From assembly GCF_009914755.1 (NCBI RefSeq), contig NC_060930.1: a stretch of DNA of 64,000 bases; one strand, 5' to 3'. Below, piece after piece: positions 43,804 through 61,292 of this stretch. Positions within the stretch are counted from its first letter, which is position 1. The number at the start of each line of letters is the position of its first letter. Made by a program: the position numbers and the translations under genes. This DNA comes from the human T2T-CHM13v2.0 reference genome, Homo sapiens. Below the pieces are notes generated by a model. It made no database searches and was not told where the DNA came from. It saw nothing but the letters and a program-made list of their open reading frames with translations.

Positions 43804-43990
43804 CAATGCTTCTCACATTTCTGCAACCATCACAATCCCCTGGAGGGCCTCTTGAAACACAAGCCCCATTGGGCTTAACTCCCAGGGTTTCTGATTCAGG
43901 AGGTCTGGGATGGGGCCTGAGAATGTGCATTTTTAACAATTGCTTAGATAATGCTGATTGCTGGTCCAGGGAACACACTTTGAAAACCAT
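43804..43990. mobile_element. MER5A (hAT-Charlie)
   Basis: caatgcttctca...tttctgattcaggaggtctgggatggggcctgagaatgtgcatttttaaca...acactttgaaaacca. Confidence 0.88.
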
Positions 43991-44018
43991 CAGTCTATTG
44001 CATTCAATGACTCTATTG

Positions 44019-44334
44019 TCTTTTTTTTTTTTTTTTTTTTGAGATGGGATGATCTCTAAATCTGTCTAAATCTCTTCTAGAGACAGTTGGAGTGCGGTGG
44101 TGTGATCATAGCTCACTGCAGTCTTGAATTCCTGGGCTCAAGTGCTACTGTCACCTTGGCCTTAAAAGTAGCTAGGATTACAGGTGCTCACCACCATGCC
44201 TGGCTAATTTTTTCTCTAGAAACAGGGTCTCACTATGTTGCCTAGGCTGGTCTTGAACTCCTGAGCTCAAGCCATCCTCCCGCCTCAGCTTCCCAAAGTG
44301 CTGGGATTATAGGCGTTAGCCACTGTCCCTGGCC
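44019..44334 (-). mobile_element. AluJ with a rearranged segment next to the tail
   Basis: Reverse AluJ; non-Alu filler at ~44049-44087. Confidence 0.9.
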
Positions 44335-44421
44335 ATCCCACCTAAGACTTGATAAGTGGTAAGATTTCTTATGCTTTGGTGCTGCCTCTCTAGGCCTATG
44401 TCTAGGGTTTTTGTTGGCCCC

Positions 44422-44791
44422 TGATATGGAATGAATTGTATCCTCCCGAAAATTTGTTTGTGGGAGTCCTAACCCTGACTACCTCAGAATATGTGGCTGT
44501 ATTTGGAAATAGGGTATAAAGGTAGGCCCTAATCCGATGTGACTGATGTCCTTACATGAAGAAAAAGAGCCACCAGGGATGTGCAGGTGCACAGGAAAGG
44601 CTGTGTTTTGTGAGGACACCTCGAGAAGGTGGCCATCGGCAAGCCAAGGACTGAGGCCGCAGGGGAAACCAAACCTGCCCACACCTTGATCTCAGACTTT
44701 CAGCCTCCCGAACTGTGAGAAAATAAATTTCTGTCATCTGAGCCACCCAGTCTGTGGTATTTTTTTATGGCAGCCCTAGCAAACCAATACA
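44422..44791 (+). mobile_element. Complete MaLR solo LTR, MLT1A0/B-like
   Basis: tgatatggaatgaattgt...cagccctagcaaaccaataca; 5-bp TSD gcccc/gctcc. Confidence 0.88.
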
Positions 44792-45164
44792 GCTCCTTTT
44801 TGGAACTTCACCCTTCCATCACCTTCCATAGGCAAAGGCTTGGCCTCCATGAGCTCCGGAAACTCGTTGCTCTGCGTCTAAGAACTCTGGAAACCCAGTG
44901 GAAACCCAAAGGGCGGCTTCTCCACTCACTTCTGCTCACTCTTCTGGCTTTAGTTTCTTTCATTTCTGGCACCTTCAGTTTCCCTTATTTTCTTTCAAAC
45001 TAAGCTCTCCCTCTATATTTTTAAATGTTATATTTTATCCCCTGTGTGGGTGTCTTTGGAACTGGAAGAAGCCAGCCCACATCAGGTTCATTTGCCATGT
45101 TGCTGGGGGTTCCACACTACATTCTTAAATCTATCGAGCACTTTCTTGCATCCAGTTTGATTCA

Positions 45165-45330
45165 CATTCCTTCTGATGATTTTTATAAGACAGTATGACC
45201 TCCCTCACATTACAGATGGAAAACGAAAGCTCAGAGTGTTCAAGTGATTTGCCCAGTGTTGCATAGCTAATAAATAATGAAACTTGTCCTGGAACCTAAC
45301 ACCAGTTCTTCCTCCACTCCACCATGGCAC
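45165..45330 (-). mobile_element. MIR
   Basis: cattacagatggaaaacgaaagctcagag...aagtgatttgccca...catagctaataaat. Confidence 0.75.
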
Positions 45331-45336
45331 CTATTA

Positions 45337-45690
<354 letters not shown>

Positions 45691-46877
45691 TCTAAGAAAG
45701 AGTAATATTATAGCTCTATAGGATATAACTTTATAAAAATGCCATAGAATATGCTTGAAAACTCTCCAAATTTCAGGAAACACTGCTAAAATTCTTCCAA
45801 GTAAAGCTGTGAGATGCTGTCAGGAACATCCACATTTGACTGTTTCTCTTCCCTGGATCTAAAAGCACCTTATGAGAACCCATGAAAAGTTTCTCTTCCA
45901 CACCATCCATGCCATCAATCCTAAAAGACAGATTTTCATCTCTGTTTATGCCTGAATTTAGCAGACATTCTCTCTATTTTCTTCTAGTAGATTCTAGTGC
46001 CAGCATCCAAAGGGTTTTCCTCCTTAGAATATAATCTTGGAGACTTTAAAGTGCCATGTGTATTATGGAATGAAGACTATGGAAATATAACTTATCCTTT
46101 TGGATGTAGATTTCAGGTACTTAGCTTAGAGATAGATTTGAAGGTGAGTTTGCTTCTCCTCACTAGCTTGGATATCAGGAAAGTTCTTTCTGGAGATGAA
46201 CTGTGCCTCTTTGATGCATCATTTTCTCATGACCTAACTCCAATTTAGAATCAGAGTTTTAGAATCTAGAGTGACTTGCTGCTCTAGAATCTATCATCAA
46301 GATCTTTTGTCTTGTCTTCATCCCCGCTCCCAAGCCTGGGTCAAGGAAGTTGCATACACTCTTTCCATCTGTGAGTTCTAGAAGGACCCTCTAATTTCCC
46401 TTAGACTCCTGTCCTGAGTCCATACCATTCCCATTCACCCCCAGCTCTTTTTGTCTTAATTCAGGTGTGCTCACCTCTTGCCAACACCCTTCAGTCACTG
46501 CCTTTCCTGAAACTCATTTTTTTCTTGGTCTCCAGAGAGCAGTAGCCAATTCACTTTTGACTCTCAGTAGCTGCTTGTTTTTCTCCCTTCACGTCAGCTG
46601 TCAGAGGGCCTTCAGGAAAATGTGTGGCCCAGCCCTTGCAATGTACTGGACCTTATCATATGTGTTTTATATACTAAAGTTACAGACTTTATTCTACTGT
46701 TGACTACGGGCCTTTTTTATTCTGTCCAAAGCAATTGTCAGATTGACTTGGAAAATTTTCCAATTCAAAAGCCTGCTTTAAAGAATAGCTAAGGTCATTA
46801 CATTTTGCTTAATTTTTTGAAGTACTTTTTAATTTTCATTTAGTAATACACAAACTTATTTTAAGAAACAACTTGTT

Positions 46878-47150
46878 GCCTGTAATCCCAGCACTTTGGG
46901 AGGCTGAGGTGGGCGGATCACTTGAGGCCAGGAGTTCGAGACCAGCCTGGCCAATATGATGAAACCCCATCTCTACTAAAATTACAAAAAATAAAATAAA
47001 ATAGCTGGGCATGGTTGCAGATGCCTGTAGTCCCAGCTACTCAGGAGGCTGAGGCATGAGAATTGCTTGAACCCAGGAGGTGGAGGTTGAGATGAACCAA
47101 GATCATGCTACTGCATTCCAGCCTGGGCAACAGATCGAGATTCTGTCTCA

Positions 47151-47183
<33 letters not shown>

Positions 47184-47184
47184 C
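46878..47184 (+). mobile_element. 5'-truncated AluS with (AAC)n tail
   Basis: Starts at gcctgtaatccc; TSD aacaacttgtt overlaps the AAC repeat (47152-47184). Confidence 0.93.
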
Positions 47185-47189
47185 TTGTT

Positions 47190-47356
47190 AATGGGGAGTC
47201 ATTTCACGGGCATAGTTTTTACTCTGCAAGATGAAAAAGTTGTAGAGATTGTTTGCACAATAGTGTGAAGATACCTGACAGTATTGAACTGTACACTTAA
47301 GAATGGTTAAGGTAGTACATTTTATGTTATGTGTATTTTACCACAATTTTAAAAAC
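47190..47356 (+). mobile_element. L1MA/MB-type 3' end
   Basis: tgcaagatgaaaaagtt...tgaactgtacacttaagaatggttaag...tattttaccacaatttt. Confidence 0.85.
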
Positions 47357-47424
47357 AGACGTGCTTCAGATTTTATATGTTTGTAAGAGCTGTCCAACTA
47401 ATTTCTGAAACCAGCCTACTTACA

Positions 47425-47470
47425 AATATATATACATATATATATATGGTGTATATATACATATATATAT
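47425..47470. repeat. (TA)n/(TATG)-rich repeat
   Basis: atatatatacatatatatatatggtgtatatatacatatatatat. Confidence 0.85.
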
Positions 47471-48664
47471 GGTGCCCACATTTCCACCATTTCATTGCAT
47501 CCTTCTGATATTGGCATAGAAATTCCACCTTTGCTTCTAGATGCAGAAGTAGTTTTTGTGGACACAAAGGTAAAATTACAGTGTGTTTTTCAGACAGAAG
47601 AGTTCTTACTGTCACACATTTGAGCACTGCTTCATAGTTGACCTTTCAGTGACCCGAAGTTACCTGTCCAGACAGACGTCTGTGCTCAGAGCCCGACGGC
47701 TCCTGGGTACCCAGATGATCACATTACAGTAGTAACCCCCTGTCCATGTTCTCAGGGATGTTACACTGTAGATAATCATGGAAAAGAAAGTTTACTTCTT
47801 TGGAGTACCCTCCAGCTCTGTTTTCTTGTAATTTATTAACTGTGAGAAAACAAGGTTGGGGTGAAAGCCCACGTGGTCTTGTCAGCACAAAAGGCATTTT
47901 TCAACAAAACTGTGCTGGAAGCATCACGCTGACAAGAAGTCGTGGGGATATTATCAAAGCAACTTTGAGATGTGGTCTCTTCTAGGGGGCAAAAGGATAT
48001 ACTTCCTCCTGTCGAGCGCTCTCCGATTACTACCTCTGGCTTCACTGTGTTGCTTATAGGCTACTCAGACACACAGATGGCCTCAGCGATGCCAGGAATC
48101 TGTTTAATTGTCTAACACGGTTTAAAGTTTTTCGGGAGATTCAGGTGATTATTTCAAACAGCAGGAATTACTTTTAAAATGGTTGGCGGCGGGGGCACGG
48201 TGGTGAAAAAAAAAGTCAGAAACGTACAACACTTGGATCATTTTTGAAGTGCATCTATTTTTGTTTTCTGTCTGAGACCAAAATGCTCCCGGCATAGTCT
48301 GTCCCTGAAACGATAAATATCTTAAGTCACGAAGTCTAAAAGGAGGCAGGGGGCCCAGTGCACTAGGAACCAAGGCGGGAAACAGAAAGCCCAGTTAGAA
48401 TATTTGCCCGGGACGACTTCAGTAAATGAAGCCTTGGACAAAAGAGAACTTTTTTTCATATGGGAAAAAACCTGGGTATCTATCGATTTCCCTTTCTTCA
48501 CAGTAATGTTTGGCTCTGACAGTAGCTTTGCAGCTTTGAGACGCTGTGAGTTTTCTGCATCTGCACATTAATGTTCTCAGAGTTTTGTCTAAGAACAGCA
48601 AAAACATCTGAGTAATTGCTCTGAAGGACTTCAGCTTCTCAAATGGACTTTAAAGGTCTATCGA

Positions 48665-48931
48665 GGTCGGGCATAGTGGCTCGCACCTGTAATCCCAGCA
48701 CTTTGGAAGGCTGAAGCCAGCGGATCACTTGAGGTCAGGAGTTCAAGACCAGCCTGGCCAACATGGTGAAACCCCATCTCTACAGAAAATACAAAAATTA
48801 GCCGGGCATGGTGGCGTGTGCCTGTAATCCCAGCTACTCAGGAGGCTGAGGCAGAATTGCTTGGAGGCAGAGGTTGCAGAGAGCCAAGATTGCACCACTG
48901 TATTCCAGCCTGGATGACTAAGATTCCATCA

Positions 48932-48960
<29 letters not shown>
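48665..48960 (+). mobile_element. AluS with (AAT)n tail and right-arm deletions
   Basis: 12-bp TSD taaaggtctatc (48651-48662 / 48961-48972). Confidence 0.93.
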
Positions 48961-48964
<4 letters not shown>

Positions 48965-49266
48965 GGTCTATCAGGTAACTAGGATTTCTTGTGTTTCCAT
49001 CCTTACTTATGTGCATTGGGGCGGAATCAGCAGATGAAGCCACTATACCCAAGATGCGTTTTCAAATTTACCTCTTCTCTCAACCGGATTTCTTTTACAC
49101 CTATTTGGTGAATCCTTGTTTTTGTGTTTCTGCTCATTTTTGTGGCTCACTTTGAAAAGTTCTAGCACCTAGATGTCTTCAGTTTGCCACATCCATCTGA
49201 AGCTACTGTATTAAGCATACAGGGGTTTTGGGTTTTGTTTTGTTTTTTAAAAATCAGTGCTTCTCA

Positions 49267-50391
49267 GACCTCTTCAAGAAGAACTACAAACCACTGCTCA
49301 AGGAAATAAGAGAGGACACAAACAAATGGAAAAACATTCCATGCTCATGGATAGGAAGAATCAATATCGTGAAAATGGCCATACTGCCCAAAGCAATTTA
49401 TAGATGCAATGCTATCCCCATCAAGCTACTGCTGACTTTCTTCACAGAACTGGAAAAAAACTACTTTAAATTTCGTATGGAACAAAAAAGAACCCACATA
49501 GCCAAGACAATCCTGGGCAAGAAGAACGAAGCTGGAGGCATCACGTTACCTGACTTCAAACTATACTACAAGGCTACAGTAATCAAAACAGCATGGTACT
49601 GGTACCAAAACAGATATATAGACCAATGGAACAGAACAGAGGCCTCAGAAATAACACCACACAGCTACAACCATCTGATCTTTGACAAATCTGACACACA
49701 CAAGCAATGGGGAAAAGATTCCCTATTTAATAAATGGTATTGGGAAAACTGGCTAGCCATACGCAGAAAATTGAATCTGGACCCCTTCCTTAAACCTTTT
49801 AGAAAAATCAACGCAAGATGGATCAAAGACTTAAACGTAAGACCCAGGACCATAGAAATCCAAGAAGAAAACCTGGGCAATATCATTCAGGACATAGGCA
49901 TGGGCAAAGACTTCATGTCCAAAACACCAAAAACAATGGCAACAAAAGCCAAAACTGACAAATGGGATCTAATTAAACTAAAGAGCTTCTGCACAGCAAA
50001 AGAAACTATCATCAGAGTGAACAGGAAACCTACAGAATGGGAGAAAATGTTTGCAATCTATCCATCTGACAAAGGGCTAATATCCAGAATCTACAAAGAA
50101 CTTAAACAAATTTACAAGAAAAAAACAAACAACCCCATCAAAAAATGGGCAAATGATATGAACAGACACTTCTCAAAAGAAGACATTTATGCAGCCAACA
50201 GACATATGAAAAAATGCTCATCATCACTGGTCATTAGAGAAATGCAAATAAAAACCACAATGAGATACCATCTCATGCCAGTTAGAATGGCGATCATTAA
50301 AAAGTCAGGAAAAAACAGATGCTGGAGAGGTTGTGGAAAAAGAGGAATGCTTTTACACTGTTGGTGGGAGTGTAAATTAGTTCAACCATAG
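49267..50391 (+). pseudogene. LINE-1 ORF2p C-terminal remnant (post-RT region and Cys-rich CCHC motif)
   Basis: [42 protein letters not shown]...[18 protein letters not shown]; premature TAG at 50389-50391, further stops downstream; no L1 promoter or ORF2 start. Confidence 0.95.
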
Positions 50392-50972
50392 TGGAAGACA
50401 GCGTGGTGATTCCTGAAGGATCTAGAACTGGAAATACAATTTGATACAGCAATCCCATTACTGGGCATATACCCAAAGGATTATAAATCATTCTAAGATA
50501 AAGAGACATGTACACGTATGTTTATTGCGGCACTATTCACAATAGCAAAGACTTGGAACCAACCCAAATGTCCATCAGTGATAGATTGGATAAAGAAAAT
50601 GTGGCACATATACACCATGGAATACTATGCAGCCATAAATAATGATGAGTTCATGTCCTTTGCAGGGACATGGATGAAGCTGGAAACCATCATTCTCAGC
50701 AAACTATCACAAGATCAGAAAACCAAACACCGCATATTCTCACTCATAAGTGAGAGTTGAACAATGAGAACACATGGACACAGGGAGGGGAACATCACAT
50801 ACTGGGGCTTGCCGGGTGGTGGGGGGCTCGGGGAGGGATAACATGGAGGAGAAATACCTAATGTAGATGATGGGTTGATGGGTGCAGCAAACCACCAGGC
50901 ACGTGTATACCTATGTAACAAAACTGCACGTTCTGCACATGTAACCCAGAACTTAAAGTATATTAAAAAAAA
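49267..50972 (+). mobile_element. 5'-truncated L1PA (about PA6-PA8) with 18-bp TSD
   Basis: TSD aaaaatcagtgcttctca (49249-49266 / 50973-50990) at a TTTT/AA endonuclease site; ORF2 3' part, G-rich 3' UTR, poly-A. Confidence 0.97.
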
Positions 50973-51044
50973 AAAAATCAGTGCTTCTCAATCTCTTTTG
51001 CATCCTAGTGTATTAAAAGCAGATAATAATGGGAAATACATTGT

Positions 51045-51200
51045 CCCATGCACATTTAAGTAGATTAACTCATTTAGTTCTCCTTTAGGTATTATCATCC
51101 TGCAGAGAAAGAAACACAGCCAAAGAGGTGTTAAGGAACCTCCCTACAGTCTTATAGCTGGTGAGTGCAAGGCTGGGAGGGGAACCCAGGCCTCACCTTA
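51045..51200 (-). mobile_element. MIR
   Basis: aactcatttagttctc...aggtattatcatcc...gaggtgttaaggaacc...gaacccagg. Confidence 0.65.
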
Positions 51201-51678
51201 CCCAGCACTATTGGACTCACTATTGTGGCCAGATTAGCAAGAGGCTCTCAAACAAACAAACAAACAAACAAAGAGTCCTATTTGTAGCCATGTCAGCTGA
51301 TTTCCACAACACTCCCTCTAGGGCTGCTTTTAAGACTCCAGTGAGAGTTCAACTGGCTCCCACACTTCCTGAAAACGAATCATCTGCTTTCAGGGGTGGA
51401 GATGAGCTGGCTCCAACACCGTGTCTCTGTATTTTCAGTAGCAACAACTGAGAAGCGTGTGCTGGGTCCAGCTGACTTGACAGATATTCCCGCTTCTGGG
51501 TGTCTGGGAGGCTTTCCAGGGATAGCTGGCCGCTTCTGCACCTGTCTCCCTGGTTCCATCACTGGCTCCTGTGTCACTTCTCCTTTGTGGCGGGGATGGA
51601 TCTTTCATGTCTTTGCAACACTGTGCCAGGGGAGTCAGGAGGGGCCCACTCTCAGGTCCGGTGGAGGACAGGTGGCCA

Positions 51679-52582
<904 letters not shown>

Positions 52583-53264
52583 TGAGCAGAAGGGCTGCAT
52601 TGATAAAAAGAGGAGGCAATTGAGAACAAATGAGGACCTAGCACCCGACAGTACTAGATTCCCACTTCTCTAGCCGAGGACCTGGACACAATGGGATAAC
52701 ACCCCCACCAAGGGAGGTACAGACAGTTATGGCAAACCAAGTTCCCATACCTAGGTCTCTTGAGAGAGGGAAATTTAATTTTAACACTATTAATAGCAAA
52801 ATGTATATATACTCCCAAGGCCAAGCTTATTTTCATTGGTTCCTGACCTTGGCTCACAGCAGGGGCCTGGTGGTGCCCTGGCACTGGGCTGCCAGAAAGG
52901 TGCAGAGCAGGAAGGGGCACTGGGCTCCCTCTACCAAGGGTCCAGGGAGATCGGCAGGGCTTGGCCTTTTCCATATTTGCACTCAGGCTTCTAGGTTGAT
53001 TCTCTGGGGACTGATCTTGTGGCATTCACACTGTGCCTCAATACAGCGTTCCTCGAGTTCCCGGCCTGGCTGTGAATTTTGCTTGATGTCCTCGAGTGCC
53101 TTAGAAAGAAATTAAATCAACGCTAATGAAATCAGCCCATGAGTTTTCTGAGGAGGAGGAGGGAGGTGACTTGCTTGTGACCACTTCTGTTGAGGTTGCT
53201 GTCACGCAGAAAGAGAATTTGGGGGTAAAACATAGGAGAACCAGAGTAGGATGTGCGGATTTTA

Positions 53265-54053
<789 letters not shown>

Positions 54054-54278
54054 TAAAAGACTGAGGAGACAAATATACCTCATCCATGGGGAAACAAGCC
54101 CCGGGACATATATTATCTAGGAAAAATGAGGTAGCCAATGAGCTATATTGCATTGGGTATTACCAGCTTTATTGTAGAACTTTATTTGGTTAAAAAAAAA
54201 GTATGAATATATTCATACATACACACACACATATATACACACACATATATATGGAGACAGGGAAAGAGAGGTCTCTAA

Positions 54279-54608
<330 letters not shown>

Positions 54609-54717
54609 TTACATATAGATTCTTATATATATGTAATATATATACATATTTATTAAAAACAACAGGAAGCAACCACAAGATATGAGGATATTATTAAGGG
54701 ATAGCTTTTCTTAGATT

Positions 54718-55012
54718 CTTTTTCTTTTCTTTTCTTTTTAAGATGGAGTCTCGCTGTGTTGCTCAGGCTGTAGTGCAGTGGCGCGTTCTCGGCTCACTGC
54801 AACCTCCATCTCCCGGGTTCAAGCAATTCTCGTGGCTCAGCCTCCTGAGTAGCTGGGATTACAGGCACGCGGCACCACACCGGGCTAATTTTTGTATTTT
54901 TAGTAGAGGTGGGGTTTCACCATGTTAGCCAGGCTGGTCTCAAACTCCTGACCTCAAATGATCCACCTACCTAGGCTTCCCAGAGTGCTGGGTGTGAGCC
55001 ACTGTGCCGGCC
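54718..55012 (-). mobile_element. AluS
   Basis: Reverse Alu with a short deletion near its 5' end. Confidence 0.93.
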
Positions 55013-55839
55013 TCTTTTTCTTGTTACAAAATGTGGAGAAGACTTAATACAAGTAGGTATAAGCAAAAAAGAAAATAAAAATGATCTGTACTTTTTTATT
55101 CACACAAATAAACCACCACGGACAATTTGGTGTGTATCTTTCCAGTTATTTATCTAGGCTTCCAGAAGGGTTTCTTGAAGTGATTAGGATTATATTGTGC
55201 ATACAGAGTTATAATTGCTTTTTAAAACTTAATATATTGTGAGGATTAAATAAGAAAAAATTACTAAAAAGCTTTTAACACACTTCCTAAAAGTATCTAT
55301 GAAATTAAAGTTAGCCATTATAGTCCTTATTATTTTCTTTCTGCATCAAATATCATTATTTTATTTTATAACTTCATTTATTAAAACTTCTAGTTTGTTT
55401 CCAGTTACCATGTTATAATGAACATTCTTGTGAATAAATTCTCGCACACAATCATTATTATTTCTTTAATATACTGTCATGTATCACTTAATGACAGGGA
55501 TACCTCCTGAGAAATGCATCATTAGGCAATTTCGTCATTGTGTAAACATCATAGAACGTACTTACACAAACCTCTGGCAGAGCCTACCACACACCTAAGC
55601 TGTACAGTACAGTCTATTGCTCCCAGGCTACAAGTCTGCACAGCATGTTACCATACTGAATATTCCAAGCAATTGTAACACATAGGAAGTATTTGTATAG
55701 CTAAACATAGAAAAAGTACAGTAAAAATATGATATAAAAGATTAAAAAAAGGTACACCTGTCTAGCATGCTTACCATGAACGGAGCTTGCAGGACGGGAA
55801 GTTGCTCTGGGTGAGTTGGTGAGTGGTGAGTGAATGTGA

Positions 55840-56361
<522 letters not shown>

Positions 56362-56705
56362 TAATCTTTTTAATTTTTTAAACTTTTTGACTCTTTTGTA
56401 GTAACACTTAGCTTAAAACACAAACACATTATAAGAAAAATATTTTCTTTCTGTATAACTTTATTCTAGAAGCATTTTTCTATTTTTAAATTTTTTTATT
56501 TTTATTTTTTTTTACTTTTTAATCTTTTTTGTTAAAAACGAAGACACATACACATGAGCCTAGTCCTGGACAGAGTCAGGATCATCAATATCACTGTCTT
56601 CCTCCTCCACATCTTGTTCATCTGGAATGTCTTCAGGGGCAATAACACACAGGGAGCTGTCATTTACTATAATGACAATGACTTCTTCTAGAATACCTCC
56701 TATAG

Positions 56706-57030
<325 letters not shown>

Positions 57031-57409
57031 AACTTTTTTTTGTATAAGTAGGAGTACTCTCTAAAATAATAATAAAAAGTATGGTAAATACATAAACCAG
57101 CAACATCATCATTTATTCTCATTATCAATTATGTACTGTGCATAATTGTATGTGCTATACTTTTACATGACTGGTGGCACAGTAGGTTTCTTTACATCAG
57201 CATCACCACAAACACGTGAGTTATGTCTGTGCTATGACGTTATGATGGCTACGATGTCACTGGGTGGCAGGAATTTTTCAACTGCATTATAATCTTATGG
57301 GACCACGGTAGTATATATGGTCCGTTGTTGACTGAAATATTATGTGGAACATGGCTGTAGCTCCTGGAGGAGGATTGCTGTGTTGAAGGATATTCACTCA
57401 TTTGTTGAA

Positions 57410-57535
57410 AAACTTTTTATTGAGCATTTACTATTTGCTGCCAACTATCATAGGAACCAGAAATAACAACCAGAGTAGTAAGACACACTTGGTACCTGCC
57501 CTGGTGAGTTTATATTCCAGGGAGACAGAAAAGCA
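57410..57535 (-). mobile_element. L2 3' end
   Basis: tttattgagcatttactat...ggtacctgccctggtgagtttatattccagggagacag. Confidence 0.7.
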
Positions 57536-57559
57536 AGCAATTGCAGGGAATTCAACACA

Positions 57560-58040
57560 AAGCAACTTAAAATGGTAAAGAAACATGAAAAGGTGTTCAA
57601 CGACTCCAGTAGTGAAGGAAATGCAATTAAAATAACAATGAGGTGTCGCTTTACACCTAGTAGGCAGACTAAACAAAGAAGCAACAAATACCAAATGCCA
57701 GCCACAGTGTGGATGAGAAGGGTGCTCACGTATTCATCTTGCCGGCTGAAATGTGAAGTGTTGTTACAGCCTTTCAGGAAAGTAATTTGGCCACGTCCAT
57801 AAAAAATAAAATGCACATATACTTTAACTCAGCACTCCAGGGAATCTATCCCACAGAAATGGTATTTAAGGACATACATTCAACAGTGTTTATTGCAGCT
57901 TTGTTCACAGTGGCAAAAAACTGGAAACAAAGAGATCAAAAGATGAATTAGGATACAGCCACACCATGGGAATGTTTATGCATTCATTATTTCTTGTATG
58001 ATATTATCCCATATATGTGATGAGAAAAGGAAAATAGCTC
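57560..58040 (+). mobile_element. Old L1M 3' ORF2/UTR fragment
   Basis: aaacatgaaaaggtgttcaac...gaaatgcaattaaaataacaatgagg...tgtttattgcagctttgttcacagtggcaaaaaactggaaac. Confidence 0.8.
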
Positions 58041-58247
58041 AAAGCAATCTAAGCTATGTGAGGTATGCAGGCCCAGAGAGATGTGAGTACGGGATATCAG
58101 TCAAGCCCCCAACCCCATACCTGGGGGCAATTGTTTAAAGTCATTTTGTTCACGACTAGCTACCTCACCATTATCTTTATGTTTCTGGAATCTGTGGTAC
58201 AAAGAACGATGCATAGCCAATCAACAGCTTATGTGATTTTAATGTAA

Positions 58248-58590
<343 letters not shown>

Positions 58591-58620
58591 GTCTTCTTTC
58601 CCTTTAAAAACTCACTTTTG

Positions 58621-59362
<742 letters not shown>

Positions 59363-59425
59363 TCAGCTTCTTCCTTATATATGCATAAAGAAATTAGGGA
59401 AAAATTAGACTCAGGAATATCCTAA

Positions 59426-59892
59426 TGATGGGTGCAGGAAATACTACCCCGAAATATGGCACCGGGGCATTTGCAAAAACAGCAGAAGCAGGAAGATGTC
59501 TCTGACCTTTTCCCTCCCTTTTCCCCTGAAGACCCTCATGTGGCAGATATCCTGTCCTGTGCCTGAAGGAAAAGAATGAACACACAGAGAAGAATCTGAA
59601 CCAACAAGTCTTACTAAGTTTCCCCCAGTTTATTACCGTTAGGTCACATCCCTTTTTATCCAGCTGTGGCTGCTCATTCAGCTAACCTAAGTATCAAAAA
59701 ACAGTTTTCTCTGGGTCTTTGGGTCTTCATTTCTGAAGGTTCCTAAGTCAATGTACAAATGCATTTCAATAAATGTGTTATGCTTTTCCCTTCTTAATCT
59801 GTTTGTTGTTGTTGTTGTTGTAGTTGTTACAGGGGTCTCAGCCATAAACCTTGCAATGAGTGAGAAAAATATATTACTTTTTCTCTCCTACA
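59426..59892 (+). mobile_element. ERV1 solo LTR, MER39/MER34-like
   Basis: TG...CA; 4-bp TSD ctaa (59422-25 / 59893-96); tactaccccgaaatatggcacc...agcagaagcaggaag. Confidence 0.82.
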
Positions 59893-60380
59893 CTAAATCA
59901 TCTAATAACATGATACATTATTGAGCAAAAATAAGTAAATAAAGTTAGAGTAATAAAAGTGATATGATTCTCTTTTAGTGGAAAAGAAGCCAGCAAACTC
60001 ATAAATATATGCATAAGCGTGTATGTTTTTATAAGATCAAGGAGAAATATGTGTAGAGACACGTAGCACAATGTTAATCTAGTTACCATAGGGAGATGGG
60101 ATCGGGTAGATAATTACCTATTTTCCCCTACACCTTGTATTGTATTACTTCTGTAAAATATCAAATACAGTTAATTTTCACAATCAGCAGTTTTAATAGA
60201 GCATGACAAAGACTACAGGGAAGTTGGAGGGTGCTCAAGGAGCTCATAGCAGAAGCACCCAGCATCCTCCCTCTAGTTTCAATCTATATTATCCAACTGA
60301 AAGGCTGGATATAGGCCAGACTCTTGTCCAGGAATAAAGAGACCATGCATGGGCATAGGTATGACTAGTCATTGTTTTTA

Positions 60381-60693
<313 letters not shown>

Positions 60694-60767
60694 TAAACTG
60701 TGAGGTATTATTCACATCTTGCAGTACTCTGTTGGGCTCACTCCAGTCAATTAAATAATTATAACTT

Positions 60768-61292
<525 letters not shown>

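Noticed and set aside
50804-50836. G-quadruplex motif
   Set aside because: The standard G-rich tract of L1PA 3' UTRs; not locus-specific.
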